Positions 23,504-36,399 are shown, counted from the stretch's first letter. The stretch: DNA of 64,000 bases from Octopus sinensis (GCF_006345805.1 NC_043008.1:57474001-57538000); one strand, 5' to 3'. Made by a program: numbers and translations. Notes: a model not told the origin generated them from the letters alone.

Positions 23504-24552
23504 CAGATGGAGGTTGTTATCAATACTTCTACCCAGCATGGCACATGTTTGTGCCTTGTTGACTAGTTTCTCGATGACAAGCGCCAACCTCTCAGCTAAC
23601 ACCTTGGCCAAAGTTTTCAAATCTGCGTTGAGCAGAGTGATGGGCCTGAAATTATCTATGATGTCCCCCTTATTTGGGTCTTTTTTAATCAGTGCCACTG
23701 CACCTCGCCTTACAAAAGCAGGGATACTCCCGTTTTGCTGCCAGTTACAGTAGACAGCTGCCAAGATGCCTCCAAACAAGTCTGGCATATGACAATAAAG
23801 TTCGTAGGGCAGACCATCCAAGCCTGGTGACTTGTCTGTCGCGCAGCCTGCCATCGCATCCTGTACATCCGCAGCTGTGATAGGCGTTTCACAAGACTCC
23901 GCCTCTCTTGCTGAGAGTCGTGGCAAGGCATGCAGGTAGGCACTAAAGTCCACTCTGCGTTCCGACCCACCACTTGTCCCAAACAGTTGGGTGAAGTGTT
24001 GTTGAAAAGCCTCACACATCCTTTTAGGCTCGAGCAATTCGCGCCCCTGTTCATCTGTAAGAGACTTGATGGTGGCTCTGTTGCCTCATTGCGTCTCCAC
24101 CACTCGGGCTTCTCGGGCAGCTCCAATTCCTTCGTTCCTCAGAGCACGCATCCTTCATGTTTGGTGTTGAGGTGTTGGTCGAGGGCCAACCTCGCTGCCA
24201 GTACGTTGGACACGATGCCAGTTCGAAGTGCCTCTTCTAAATTCTTAACTAAGTCTCCCTCTATTCTATTTCGGTCTAATGTTAGGGCCTTACTGTACCT
24301 GACTGATTCTACTTTAATTGCTTTTTTTAGAGCATACCACCATCTGTTGTTGATGATGGTACCTGTCCAAGCTCTCTTAACTAATGTGCTGGTCTGATCC
24401 TTGTAAGCCTGTCGTGCTGTAAAAGACGCGTTCAGCTTCCAGTAACCAGGACCCATATGCAAATATTTGGAGAAAACAAAATATTTGATATTAAAACAGG
24501 GCTGAAAATGCCCCTAGGGGCAAAATCCCCCAGGTAAAAAACACACCCAGCT
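23504..24552 (-). mobile_element. Tx1-clade LINE fragment: 5' UTR joined to internal ORF2, truncated in RT
   Basis: GPGYWKLN, KSPGLDGLPYELY, NFRPITLLNADLK, QTCAMLGRSIDNNL. UTR 24500-24550 matches 4648-4696. Confidence 0.9.
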
Positions 24553-24559
24553 TAATTAG

Positions 24560-25017
24560 GATAGTCAACAGAGAAGCTTTGTGGACCGTGTTGAAAACAT
24601 AGGTCGGGTCTGTGAACATGGAGTGTAAATCCATTCATTGTTCAAAGCACTTCTCCTTGACTTTGACACACAGCAAACACTATATCTATGGTGCTGTGGC
24701 CAGGGCAGAAGCCACACTGGTCTTTAGGTGAGTTGTTCTCAGAGACGCCAGTTATAATCCTGCTCAAGAGGATGTGAGCCAGGATTTTTCCAGCAATGGA
24801 AAGCCGGGAAATGTCCCTGTAATTTCTGCAGTCTGGTTTGGCTCCATTGTTCTTGTAGAGCATAACTATGGTGGCATCTCGGGAAGTCTGCTGCTGAACG
24901 CTCTTCCTCCCAAATGGACACAAGGATGTTGTGGAATGCTTTGTAAGCTGTGGTACCAAGTGTTCTGTACAATTCTGCAAGGAGTCCATCTGCTCCCGGA
25001 GCTTTACTACTGTTCAT
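24560..25017 (-). mobile_element. RTE-clade LINE RT fragment
   Basis: KAPGADGL, DATIVMLYKNNG..DCRNYRDIS.LSIAGKILA, QCGFCPGHSTIDIVF. Confidence 0.85.
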
Positions 25018-25689
25018 GTTTTTTATGGTAGTCTTGACCCCCAGCAGCTGGTCAAGAAGTCAGACATGGTCAACAGTAATGGAAATCTTGAGCAAAATGA
25101 AATTACGAATCCAATCAACAACCAAGAGACTTATATATTATTTGGTGATCTCTACCAATTCTTCAGAGATAGTTTTGGATTGCTGAATAGTATTTACAAC
25201 TTCGTTCTTAGATTTTGCTTCTCAAGCACTAGTTTTAGTTTTTCAGAAATAAAGTGCTTTGAGGATCTGTGTTGGATATAAAGCTTTTGTTGTGTTAAGC
25301 AGAAGGCCACTACTTCATTTCTTGAATTATGTGTGATATTGGTCCATTGACTAGTGCCAACCCTGTAAAATGCTCTTTCCAGGGTGTATTTCATAAGGTT
25401 TAAATTACTTCTTTGAAGACCTTCAACAAAGCTTGATGTGAAGGAGTGTCGCCTGCATTCTGATTGTTCATATTGGGTACTCTTGTACTGATGAGGGCCA
25501 CAGCATCAAGTTGATGGCTGAAAGTAATGTAAACATGACAGACATTGGCATAATAATCACACTGAATATACACTCATTTTCAATGCATATGAAGTGAGCA
25601 TATGAAACTGAATGTATGTACAAGGCTTTAGAAAAGCCCTGTTACACTCATTACAATGCACACAAGGATAGTTTTAATTGATGTTGCCA

Positions 25690-26300
25690 CCCTCGGTGCA
25701 AGCGAGGCCTGAAGGCTGTGCACACATTGTGGACAAAGTCCTTCTTCATATGGGTCCACACATGGTTGAAAGAAGACTTCAGCTTGTTGGGATTGCTGTA
25801 GCGAGCTTTGCAGGCCTTACCCTCAACATGTACTCATACACTGTAGTCGAGTGGGTCAGGGTCAGACGACTGTAGTGGCCAAAATCCTTTGACAAGAAGT
25901 TCATGTTTGACCCCCAGCTACTCTCACAGAACCTGCTGAACGATGTAGTCTATCTTCATTATTTTTCTCACCTAGAGGAGGACATTGATAGCCAAGATGT
26001 TCTTGTAGTCAGCTTCGGTGAGCCTTAACCAGTTGCGAACCACACCAGCAGCATCTTCTTGCTATTTGAAGTCGCAATGCGAAGCATCATCAAGGAGGCC
26101 GGGTGCTTAGTTGTGGACATGTATAGACGTCCTGGTTGAAGCTGATCATGTGATCGTTCTGATTGTTGATGACTAGATTGACCACGAAAGTGTTTTCATT
26201 AGAAAAAAATGAGAATTCCATTGCCATGACACTTCAAGTCATTGAGTAGGCAACGGACTTGTGACCCATGCACAGGAGAGTTGAGATCTTGATTTTTTTC
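25690..26300 (-). mobile_element. Decayed Tc1/mariner, paralog of 8620-9545
   Basis: Shared blocks, e.g. cctgaaggctgtgcacacattgtggacaaagtcc and ttgccatgacacttcaagt; FWPLQSSDPDPLDY. Confidence 0.8.
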
Positions 26301-27066
26301 CTTTTAACTTCCATCTCAATACACCTGCATGCAATGGAAAAGTAGAACTTCAAGTACGTTTGATGGCACATTTTCTGTCACACTCTTTAACCTCTTCAAA
26401 GATCAAAATTTACAAAGCCTGGTATCTTTGTGAAGGCCATTATTTTGAGAGGCCCTCTTCTCCAAACAACCTAATGTAGCAGTTTATGTGGTTTGTTTTT
26501 GGAGACTTGAGTTCTGCTCCCTAAATGACAGTATCCCTTTGGTAAAATTCTTTAAATCTCCATTATAGGAGTATCGTATCCAAAATTAGCAACAGGTCAA
26601 GAGGTCAGACATGATCAGCAATAATGGAAATTATGAGCAAGATGAAATTACGAACCAAATCAACAACCAAGAGACTTAAATATTACTCAGTGATTTCTGC
26701 CAATTCTTGAGAGATAGTTTTGGATAGCTGAGTAGTATTTGCAACTTCATTCTTACATTTTGTTTCTCAAGAAATAGTTTGTTTTTCTGAACTAAAGTAT
26801 TTTGAGGATCTGTTGGATATGGGGTGATTTTTTTATTTTTTTTATTATTTTTAAGAAGCAAAGGGTCACTGCTTCAGCTCTTAAGTTATGTGTGGTATTG
26901 ATATATTGACTAGTGTCAAACCTGTAACATGTTGTTTCTATGGTGTATTTAATAAGGCTTCTATTACTTATTTGGAGTCCTTCCACTCAGTTTGATGTGA
27001 AGGAGTATCGCCATCAATGTTCTGCATGTTGACCTCGTCACCCAGTAATATTAAAAGGGCTACAGT

Positions 27067-27285
27067 AGTGGTTCCCAAACTTTTAGAAGTTGTGGCACAC
27101 TTGAAGCCTTACAAAAAATTACGGGCACATTACACAGAATGCTAAGACATATAATGCAAAATGTAACGAAGTACAAAAATAACTGTAAAAAGGGTATATA
27201 CCTTTTATCCATTATCTATTTTGCACTGATGAGATGTATGAGCTTGGTGTGTCTTGCCAATTTCTTCAATGTTGGGACATATGTA
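27067..27285 (-). mobile_element. hAT transposon 3' end with TIR
   Basis: tagtggttcccaaac TIR-like end; PNIEEIGKTHQAHTSH C-terminus on minus. Confidence 0.65.
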
Positions 27286-27288
27286 TGA

Positions 27289-28305
27289 CTAGCAGCATAG
27301 CCCGGCGTTGCCCGGGTATGTAAGAAACTTTGTCGATAAGCAATGCCCTTTACCTTTTTACTCTTTTTTGTACTCATTGTACCGTTATTTTGTAAAATGA
27401 AGCCTAAAAGGCATTCAGGGCATTGTTCCTTTGCATGCATGAAGAAAATTTATGACAGTCAAAGTGCATTTTCTGGTTTTGTTTAGCACACCCAACGCAG
27501 TTCGGACCACAGCTAAGCCCTACCTAATCCTAACTTAAGTCTAGCGAAAGGGGGCTCGGGAGCCTCTAGTAGGCAACGACTAATCCCGATCTAGTCCTTT
27601 CCCTCTAGGGAATGAAGGCGCATGTGTAGGTTGCAACGTCTTCTCTTCACTCCAATACTTCTGTGTATACGACATTCCTAGCTTTGGGTGAAAACATGAA
27701 AACATCATTGCGCCTCCCAACGCGTGAACAGCCCTCATAGAGTTGACCGTGGGCGAAGCACTGTTTGCCCAAATGTAACCCAGCGACTTGTAGTGTTTCG
27801 CCTTGGGATTTATTGATGGACTTTGCGAAGCAGAGTTTAACAGGAGACTGAGAATGTCTGAAGTCGATTGGTAGGTCAGCGCCCAACGGTTGAAGGTGCA
27901 TGCGTGGAATGAAGACGTCCTCTCCCTTCCCACAACCGGTAAGTATTGTGGCTGTTATTAAATGTGGTACCAAATGTTTCACAACCAGACGTGTGCCATT
28001 ACACTGTTTAGGTGGAACCAAATTCCTGATGAGCATAATGGGCGGCATCCTATTTTCACCGAGCGATAAAAGGTCCCTGGAGAATGCAGCGGATCCGCTG
28101 TCACCAATCAATTGCGTGCATGTTAGTTTGGAGGTGCAAGGGCTGCACATGTGCCCAAAGAGCTGATGACTTAAGGCGCACGGCATCGGCACGGGTTCCT
28201 TTAGGAATAACAGGTCTGCCTGAAGTCTCCTGAAAGAAGTAAAGTCAATCCTCCCATGGGGGCCGTAGAGTCTCTGATGTCTTGCAGGGACCTGTCCAGT
28301 GCCTC
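27289..28305 (-). mobile_element. Helitron 3' end with internally deleted Pif1-type helicase
   Basis: 3' hairpin cccgggcaacgccggg followed by CTAG|T at 27289-27292. Protein IMLIRNL..CNGTRL, INKSQGETL, HGQLY..CSRV. Confidence 0.92.
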
Positions 28306-28379
28306 ACATCTTAATTTAGCTAACTAATAAAATCGAGGAAAGAGTGAGAGAAAGTTGTGGTGAAAGAGTCAGCAGAAGT

Positions 28380-28456
28380 TCGCCCGGTCTGAGATTCGAA
28401 CTCACGATCCCTCGACCGCGAGTCCGCTGCTTTAACCACTAGGCCATGTGCCTCCA
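28380..28456 (-). mobile_element. tRNA-like SINE head (further copies at 29962-30038 and 33743-33819)
   Basis: A box TGGCCTAGTGG and B box GAGTTCGAATC on the minus strand. Confidence 0.75.
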
Positions 28457-28457
28457 C

Positions 28458-28790
28458 TGTTGGTGAGAGTGGAAAATCCTAATTTGCATAAAGGTGATGT
28501 TGAAAATTACTGTAAAATGGTGAAAGCTTTTTTGGATATTGACAGGTATTCTTCTCTGATTCCCTATATTTAATCTTCAATCCACCATCGGTGGATATAG
28601 CAGCTAGTTCTTCTTTGGTTAATGTTAAACTAGCATCGTATGAAATTTTTATGAATGGATTTTGAATCCAGTATATTGTTTAGTGTTATATCGGCAGATT
28701 ACGATAATTTATCTTCCAAATTTGTCAAACGTTCGAGTATTAAAAGAGAAGATACCATTTATGCAAGTTCTACTTATCAAAGGAAACCTT
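28458..28790 (-). mobile_element. hAT transposase C-terminal (dimerisation domain) fragment, triplicated
   Basis: EYLSISKKAFTIL..FSTSPLCKLGFSTL matches the hAT FSTSYLCExGFS motif. Confidence 0.7.
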
Positions 28791-30717
28791 TGCAAATTTT
28801 CCTCAGAAGCTCTTACAGTAGTTTTTTTTCTTCACACTATTCCACGGATTCTTCACTGATTGTTGGCTTCCTAACTTTTCCTGTTGGTGTTCGGTTGGAG
28901 TCCCCCCCCCCCTGCATCAACTTGCTCCATTCATTTCTCATTAGTTACTTGAATGCTTTGTTGATACCAACATCCACAGGTTGGATTTGGCTTGTCAGGC
29001 CACCAGGAATAACTGCCAATTGGGTTTCTAACTTTTTTTGTCCCATCAGTTATATGTACCCTAAACTGATCTAACACTGGACTGGCATAGATGGCTTCTT
29101 AAAAAGGTTCCCAGGTCTCTTTCTCCAAAGCTTCATACCATCTTGATCCATCCAGCCCTTTGCATGAACATGCACAAGAACTCCTTCTGGCAGCTTCTCT
29201 GTTGGAAGTGTATTCTTTTTGAAAATGAGCATGTGTGGCAACTGGGTACCATCAGCACAGCATGCCAGGACAGCTGTGCGAGTCTTTCCATGCCCTCCTG
29301 TCTTGATGGCCCCTTTTTGATTCACAGTTTTGTTGGAAGGAGCATCAAAGTTAAGTGGAACTTCGTCCATATTTGCTATGTGGCAAAGTTCAAAGTTGGT
29401 ATTCTTGTGTAAATTAATGATATAAGAACGAAGCTTAATCATTTCTTCATAAGCATCAGGCATCTTCTGAGCAAGCTTGATTCTAGTCCTTAGACTGTTA
29501 TTAAATGTGGTACCAAATGTTTCACAACCAGACGTGTGCCATTACACTGTTTAGGTGGAACCAAATTCCTGATGAGCATAATGGGTGGCATCCTATTTTC
29601 ACCGAGCGATAAAAGGTCCCTGGAGAATGCAGCGGATCCGCTGTCACCAATCAATTGCGCGCATGTTAGTTTGGAGGTGCAAGGGCCACACATGTGCCCA
29701 AAGAGCTGACGACTTAAGGCGCACGGCATCGGCACGGGTTCCTTTAGGAATAACAGGTCTGCCTGAAGTCTCCCGAAAGAAGTAAAGTCAATCCTCCCAA
29801 GGGGGCCGTAGAGTCTCTGATGTCTTGCAGGGACCTGTCCAGTGCCTCAAGGGCGCTTTGTGTGCCATAGTGCACTCGTCCCATACTCTCACATCTTAAT
29901 TTAGCTAACTAATAAAATCGAAGAAAGAGTGAGAGAAAGTTGTGGTGAAAGAGTCAGAAGTTCGCCCGGTCTGAGATTCGAACTCACGATCCCTCGACCG
30001 CGAGTCCGCTGCTTTAACCACTAGGCCATGTGCCTCCACTGTTGGTGAGAGTGGAAAATCCTAATTTGCATAAAGGTGATGTTGAAAATTACTGTAAAAT
30101 GGTGAAAGCTTTTTTGGATATTGACAGGTATTCTTCTCTGATTCCCTATATTTAATCTTCAATCCACCATCGGTGGATATAGCAGCTAGTTCTTCTTTGG
30201 TTAATGTTAAACTAGCATCGTATGAAATTTTTATGAATGGACTTTGAATCCAGTATATTGTTTAGTGTTATATCGGCAGATTACGATAATTTATCTTCCA
30301 AATTTGTCAAACGTTCGAGTATTAAAAGAGAAGATACCATTTATGCAAGTTCTACTTATCAAAGGAAACCTTTGCAAATTTTCCTCAGAAGCTCTTACAG
30401 TAGTTTTTTTTCTTCACACTATTCCACGGATTCTTCACTGATTGTTGACTTCCTAACTTTTCCTGTTGGTGTTCGGTTGGAGTCCCCCCCCCCCCCCCGC
30501 ATCAACTTGCTCCATTCATTTCTCATTAGTTACTTGAATGCTTTGTTGATACCAACATCCACAGGTTGGATTTGGCTTGTCAGGCCACCAGGAATAACTG
30601 CCAATTGGGTTTCTAACTTTTTTTGTCCCAACAGTTATATGTACCCTAAACTGATCTAACACTGGACTGGCATAGATGGCTTCTTAAAAAGGTTCCCCAG
30701 GTCTCTTTCTCCAAAGC

Positions 30718-32908
30718 CAAAAGGAGTAGTAATTGCTGTTTTAGGAATATCGTCTGAGTTGACCGGTATTTGACGGTAGGCACGTATCAGGTCAACTTTA
30801 GAAAAAATAGTACAGCCATGTAAATTTGCCGAAAAATCGTTTAAAATCCTTATGGGATATTTGTCTGGAATCGTCACCGAATTTAGACGCCGATAATCTC
30901 CCACCGGGCGAAAATCTGTATGCCCTGTTCTTACTAAATGAAGGAGGTCCAGTTGTTGTTATAAAGTGTCGTGTCGAATGCAATGGCTTAGCCACCCTAA
31001 AGGTAACATCATATAGCTCTGGAAAAGAAGCTAAAAGAGAGTGAAAAACATCTCCAGATGTACCGACAAAAAATGTCGGGCTAAGAGCTAAATTGGTAGA
31101 TTCTCCGGTCGGCGTGGAGAGTGTAGTCGAACTATCGACCAACCTCCGACGTCTGACATCTACCAACAAATCAAATTTATCCAGAAAATCCGCACCTAAA
31201 ATAGGATGTGGAATGTCGGCAATGACAAAAACCCATTGAAAGTCTCGTCGAAGACCAATATCAAGGCGCAACGAGATCTGACCGAATGTGGCTATTGGTG
31301 ACGAGTCAATAGCGTGCAAGATGATGTTAGATCGCTTTGGCCTGTCGGTTGTGCAACGCAGAGGCCAAATACTGCAACAAGAACCAGTGTCCACCATGAA
31401 GTTTTTCTTCGACACTAGATCTTTAACAAAGAATGCACGATAACCAGAAAATGTTGTGGAGGAAGTTGACGTGCTCAAATTCTCCGAATCTAGTTTAAAG
31501 ACTTATAAGTGCATGGCTGTGTGCATCTATGTGCATTCTCTCCATACTTGGAGTGGTACCAACACAGTCCAGACTTAGACTGTTTTGATCTCGAGGATGA
31601 ACGACTGCGACTTCGCGATTTTGAAGATCGCGACACATCGCGTCCATCCTTTTAGTGAGGGTTTCTATTAGTTTAGAAAGCCCCTCAATTGAGGCCGAAG
31701 AAGTTTGTGAACAGGCACAAACAGACCGTGACGATGGTTGAACGGCAAATTCAACCATCTTATCAGCCATCGTTGCTATTTGGTCCACTGTATTTGTCTC
31801 TACTGCTGCTCGGTAGTAATACTTTGTGCACGAAATTGTGCCTCTAACTGTGAAAACCACAGTGTGACATCACCTATAAAAGTAGGTAACGAACCCATAA
31901 ACATTTTGTAGCCTTTTATTCACTAGATGACTCTGTCAAATGGAAAAAAAGAAAATTGACAACGAACCAACGCTGAACAGACGCAACAAGGAAAAACAAA
32001 GGGAAAAAAGAAAGGAAGAAAGAAAGAAAGACCAACAATTGAACCAATAAATTTTGAATGTGCAATTTACAAAAAAAAATGGGTTTTTTGGTTTTTTTTT
32101 TGTTTGTACTGTGTGCACAGAGAATAGAAAAAAAATTCTTTTCTCTTTTTTGTTTTTTTACCAACCTTCGTCGCGTTTTAATCGAGAAAAAAATTTCTTC
32201 TCTTTTTTTTTTTTTTTTCTTCCGTGCGTGAGTGCAGATGAAGAAACAAACTGTTGAAAGGGACTGGAAAACAGGTTGGTCGTGTTTCAGACTTGGCAGA
32301 AAAACTGGATTTTTTTCTTTTTGTTGAGTGTTCTCTGGAACTTCGGGGTCACCACTGTAAGGAATATGTGAATATCTCCTCTTGCACTTTGGGGGTGCAA
32401 GTTGGTGCAATCACTTTCCTTGCTTTTATATCCAGACTCTACCAGTCAAAGAAACACAAAACGCAGACGTAAAAAATAGATATACTTTATTGTTTTATAC
32501 CGGTGAGAAATCAGTGGTACATCTGATGTCCTTGGTTCTGGGCGCGCAAGGCTGAAAGTTAATCGATTGTAATATTTACAATGTTCAGCCGCTAAAAACA
32601 GAACGGGTCAAAAATGGCGTCCGGAGGAAGAAGATGATTTGACTGCAACAATTCAGGTTAAAAGTCTTCGGCCAAAAGACTGCTGCTATCAACCGGAGAG
32701 AGAGCGAATTAAACGTCTGCTTCTATGAAATGCCTGCCGCTGTCTGTCGGACGCTAATGGTCAACGCTTTACGCTCCCTTGCCTCTTTGTTAAGGCTCAC
32801 GCTCCCTTGCCTCTATAAGCTAAGGCCACGTCAGCAAAATTCCCTCTTTCGGACTTCGTGTATTCGCGAGAGGGCGTTGCGCGCGCGCTGTTGTATAGGA
32901 TCACTACA
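30718..32908 (-). mobile_element. Ty3/Gypsy LTR retrotransposon, 5' part: LTR, PBS, deleted gag, protease, start of RT
   Basis: LTR TGTA...TACA 32908-32356; PBS TGGTGACCCCGA (32354-32343, tRNA-Trp type); FMVDTGS protease; DYRRLN, FSKVDLIRAY, KTAITTPFG. Confidence 0.92.
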
Positions 32909-34274
32909 GCTTCATACCATCTCGATCCATCCAGCCCTTTGCATGAACATGCACAAGAACTCCTTCTGGCAGCTTCTCCGTTGGAAGTGTCTTCTTTTTG
33001 AAAATGAGCATGAGTGACAACTGGGTACCATCAGCACAGCATGCCAGGACAGCTGTGTGAGTCTTTCCATGCCCTCCTGTCTTGATGGCCCCTTTTTGAT
33101 TCAGTTTTGTTGGAAGGAGCATCAAAGTTAAGTGGAACTTCATCCATATTTGCTATGTGGCAAAGTTCAAAGTTGGTATTCTTGTGTAAATTAATGATAT
33201 AAGAACGAAGCTTAATCATTTCTTCATAAGCATCAGGCATCTTCTGAGCAAGCTTGATTCTAGTCCTTAGACTGTTATTAAATGTGGTACCAAATGTTTC
33301 ACAACCAGACGTGTGCCATTACACTGTTTAGGTGGAACCAAATTCCTGATGAGCATAATGGGTGGCATCCTATTTTCACCGAGCGATAAAAGGTCCCTGG
33401 AGAATGCAGCGGATCCGCTGTCACCAATCAATTGCGCGCATGTTAGTTTGGAGGTGCAAGGGCCACACATGTGCCCAAACAGCTGACGACTTAATGCGCA
33501 CGGCATCGGCATGGGTTCCTTTAGGAATAACAGGTCTGCCTGAAGTTTCCTGAAAGAAGTAAAGTCAATCCTCCCAAGGGGGCCGTAGAGTCTCTGATGT
33601 CTTGCAGGGACCTGTCCAGTGCCTCAAGGGCGCCTTTGTGTGCCATAGTGCACTCGTCCCATACTCTCACATCTTAATTTAGCTAACTAATAAAATCGAA
33701 GAAAGAGTGAGAGAAAGTTGTGGTGAAAGAGTCAGCAGAAGTTCGCCCGGTCTGAGATTCGAACTCACGATCCCTCAACCGCGAGTCCGCTGCTTTAACC
33801 ACTAGGCCATGTGCCTCCACTGTTGGTGAGAGTGGAAAATCCTAATTTGCATAAAGGTGATGTTGAAAATTACTGTAAAATGGTGAAAGCTTTTTTGGAT
33901 ATTGACAGGTATTCTTCTCTGATTCCCTATATTTAATCTGCAATCCACCATCGGTGGATATAGCAGCTAGTTCTTCTTTGGTTAATGTTAAACTAGCATC
34001 GTATGAAATATTTATGAATGGATTTTGAATCCAGTATATTGTTTAGTGTTATATCGGCAGATTACGATAATTTATCTTCCAAATTTGTCAAACGTTCAAG
34101 TATTACAGAGAAGATACCATTTATGCAAGTTCTACTTATCAAAGGAAACCTTTGCAAATTTTCCTCAGAAGCTCTTACAGTAGTTTTTTTCTTCACACTA
34201 TTCCACGGATTCTTCACTGATTGTTGGCTTCCTAACTTTTCCTGTTGGTGTTCGGTTGGAGTCCCCCCCCCCCT

Positions 34275-35270
34275 GCATCAACTTGCTCCATTCATTTCTC
34301 ATTAGTTACTTGAATGCTTTGTTGATACCAATATCCACAGGTTGGATTTGGCTTGTCAGGCCACCAGGAATAACTGCCAATTGGGTTTCTAACTTTTTTT
34401 GTCCCATCAGTTATATGTACCCTAAACTGATCTAACACTGGACTGGCATAGATGGCTTCTTAAAAAGGTTCCCAGGTCTCTTTCTCCAAAGCTTCATACC
34501 ATCTTGATCCATCCAGCCCTTTGCATGAACATGCACAAGAACTCCTTCTGGCAGCTTCTCCGTTGGAAGTGTCTTCTTTTTGAAAATGAGCATGTGTGGC
34601 AACTGGGTACCATCAGCACAGCATGCCAGGACAGCTGTGCGAGTCTTTTCATGCCCTCTTGTCTTGATGGCCCCTTTTTGATTCACAGTTCTGTTGGAAG
34701 GAGCATCAAAGTTAAGTGGAACTTCGTCCATATTTGCTGTGTGGCAAAGTTCAAAGTTGGTATTCTTGTGTAAATTAATGATATAAGAACGAAGCTTAAT
34801 CATTTCTTCATAAGCATCAGGCATCTTCTGAGCAAGCTTGATTCTAGTCCTTAGACTAAAACCATTTCTCTTCATAATACAGAAGCAGCAGATGGGCATG
34901 TCTTCAAAAGCAGTTGTCTCGTCTGTCTCTTGTCCTTCCTCATCTCCTGAGCAATCCTTCTTCCTTGATTGATGAGGATCTTTGTCAAAACAAATGCACC
35001 AGTTTGCTTTTGGCTTTCAACCCAGTGCTTGAGTTTTTCTTCCAGATTTTGCCACCTTGCCTTTTTGCCTTGTGCTGCTCTCTTCATCCTTGGTATCTGT
35101 ACAAGTTCATCTTTGTGCTTTCTCCACAGTCCAGTCATGGCAGCCGTAGGAGGAGGAGGAGGCCCAAACTGTCTTGCTGCAGCTTTATTTCCATTCTCTT
35201 CTGCAAAGTGAATCATTTTCAGTTTGAAATTTGCTGGATATGTTATGCGCTTTTTATTCTTGGACATTTT
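34275..35270 (-). mobile_element. pogo-family (POGK/Passer-like) transposase, frameshifted; DDE part also present in the duplicated units
   Basis: Brinker-like YPANFKLKMIHFAEENGNKAAARQF; CENP-B HTH WQNLEEKLKHWV; ANMDEVPLNFD; KGWMD. Confidence 0.88.
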
Positions 35271-35399
35271 TGCGCTAAGAGAAAACAAAAACCTATAAAA
35301 AGAGTAATGCACAATCATTTTAGATAACAGTAGACAATACTTAAGATTGTGTCTCGATTGAATTTCCATATTTGGTTATGCTACATTCGCGCCTGTTTC

Positions 35400-36010
35400 A
35401 GTGTGAGCTGTATTACCATATACGTCTATTGAGCATGCTTGCTGTCTCTGATAGGTTGTATTACCTCTATGTGTGGTGTGGGTTTTTAAAGTCTTTGACA
35501 GTGTGGACAAGGAATGGTAGCGCCTGCTACAGGGTTGTTAGCTCTATTCTTCTTGGCTTGTCTGCGGTCTTCTGCAGCAGCGATCCTATTGGTCTCGCAT
35601 GTGTTGGCACTCTTGTGGACAGCTGATTGCCACCCTTCTCTGTCTAGAGCAGATTGCTCCCAAGTGTCATGGTCGAAGGTTTTTAGTGTGTCCTTAAAGC
35701 GCTTTTTCTGGCCACCTTGTGAGCACTTTCCCTTTTGCAGCTTACCAAAGAGCAATCATTTTGGTAATTGATCGTCTGACATGCAAGCTACATGCCCTGT
35801 CCAGCGAAGCTGAGACTGCATCAAGATGGTATGGATGTTGGGCCGGTTAGCACATATTAATACCTCGGTGTCCGGGATCCTGTCCTGCCACTTTATGCCG
35901 AGAAGTTTTCTGAGGCATATTGTATGAAAGTGGTTCGACTTGCTGGCATGGCGTTGGTAGACCATCGAGGACTTGCAGCCGTAAAGCAGCGTTGTGAGAA
36001 CAGCCCGTAC
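35400..36010 (-). mobile_element. RTE-clade LINE 3' fragment
   Basis: TLLYGC, CLRKLLGIKWQDRIPDTEVL, QLRWTGHV, GGQKKRFKDTLK, CPHC. Confidence 0.88.
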
Positions 36011-36399
36011 ACATTGATCTGCGAACTCACAAAACAAGTTCCCCCGGACGACTAGATGGTCTTCGTCGCGTCGACAGACAATCTACATGGGTTTTTTAAA
36101 AAATGTTAATGTTTTCACTTGTATGTTCACTCAAACTTTTAAATACAATGTAGAAGTTTTATTTTAAATAAAAATGTTGATTTAGCAAACCATTGCTTGA
36201 CGAATGGTTAGTGACTCATCCAATAGGACATTGCAACTTGTTGGGTGTTGGTCTGAGGCTTGCGATGTTGTAAGTCATGGGTATTTGAGGTTCAAGGAAT
36301 TAAGTAATTTATTAATATCTATAATACTATCAGGTAAGTAGTTCTGGATTTGGTGCAATTAAGGTGGATATAGATCTGTAATATGAATGGTGTATGGGG

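Larger units (their letters stand above)
27952..34855. repeat. Three-copy tandem duplication of a ~1.55-kb composite unit (Helitron + SINE + hAT + pogo pieces)
   Basis: Units start at ~27952, 29494 and 33272 (ctgttattaaatgtggtacc) and give near-identical ORF triplets. Unit 2 is interrupted by Gypsy. Confidence 0.93.

Noticed and set aside
28380-28456. Functional tRNA gene
   Set aside because: A and B boxes are present, but the acceptor and anticodon stems are not convincing and it continues into a SINE body.
34432-35369. Domesticated host POGK gene
   Set aside because: Frameshifted, internally deleted and embedded among TE fragments.
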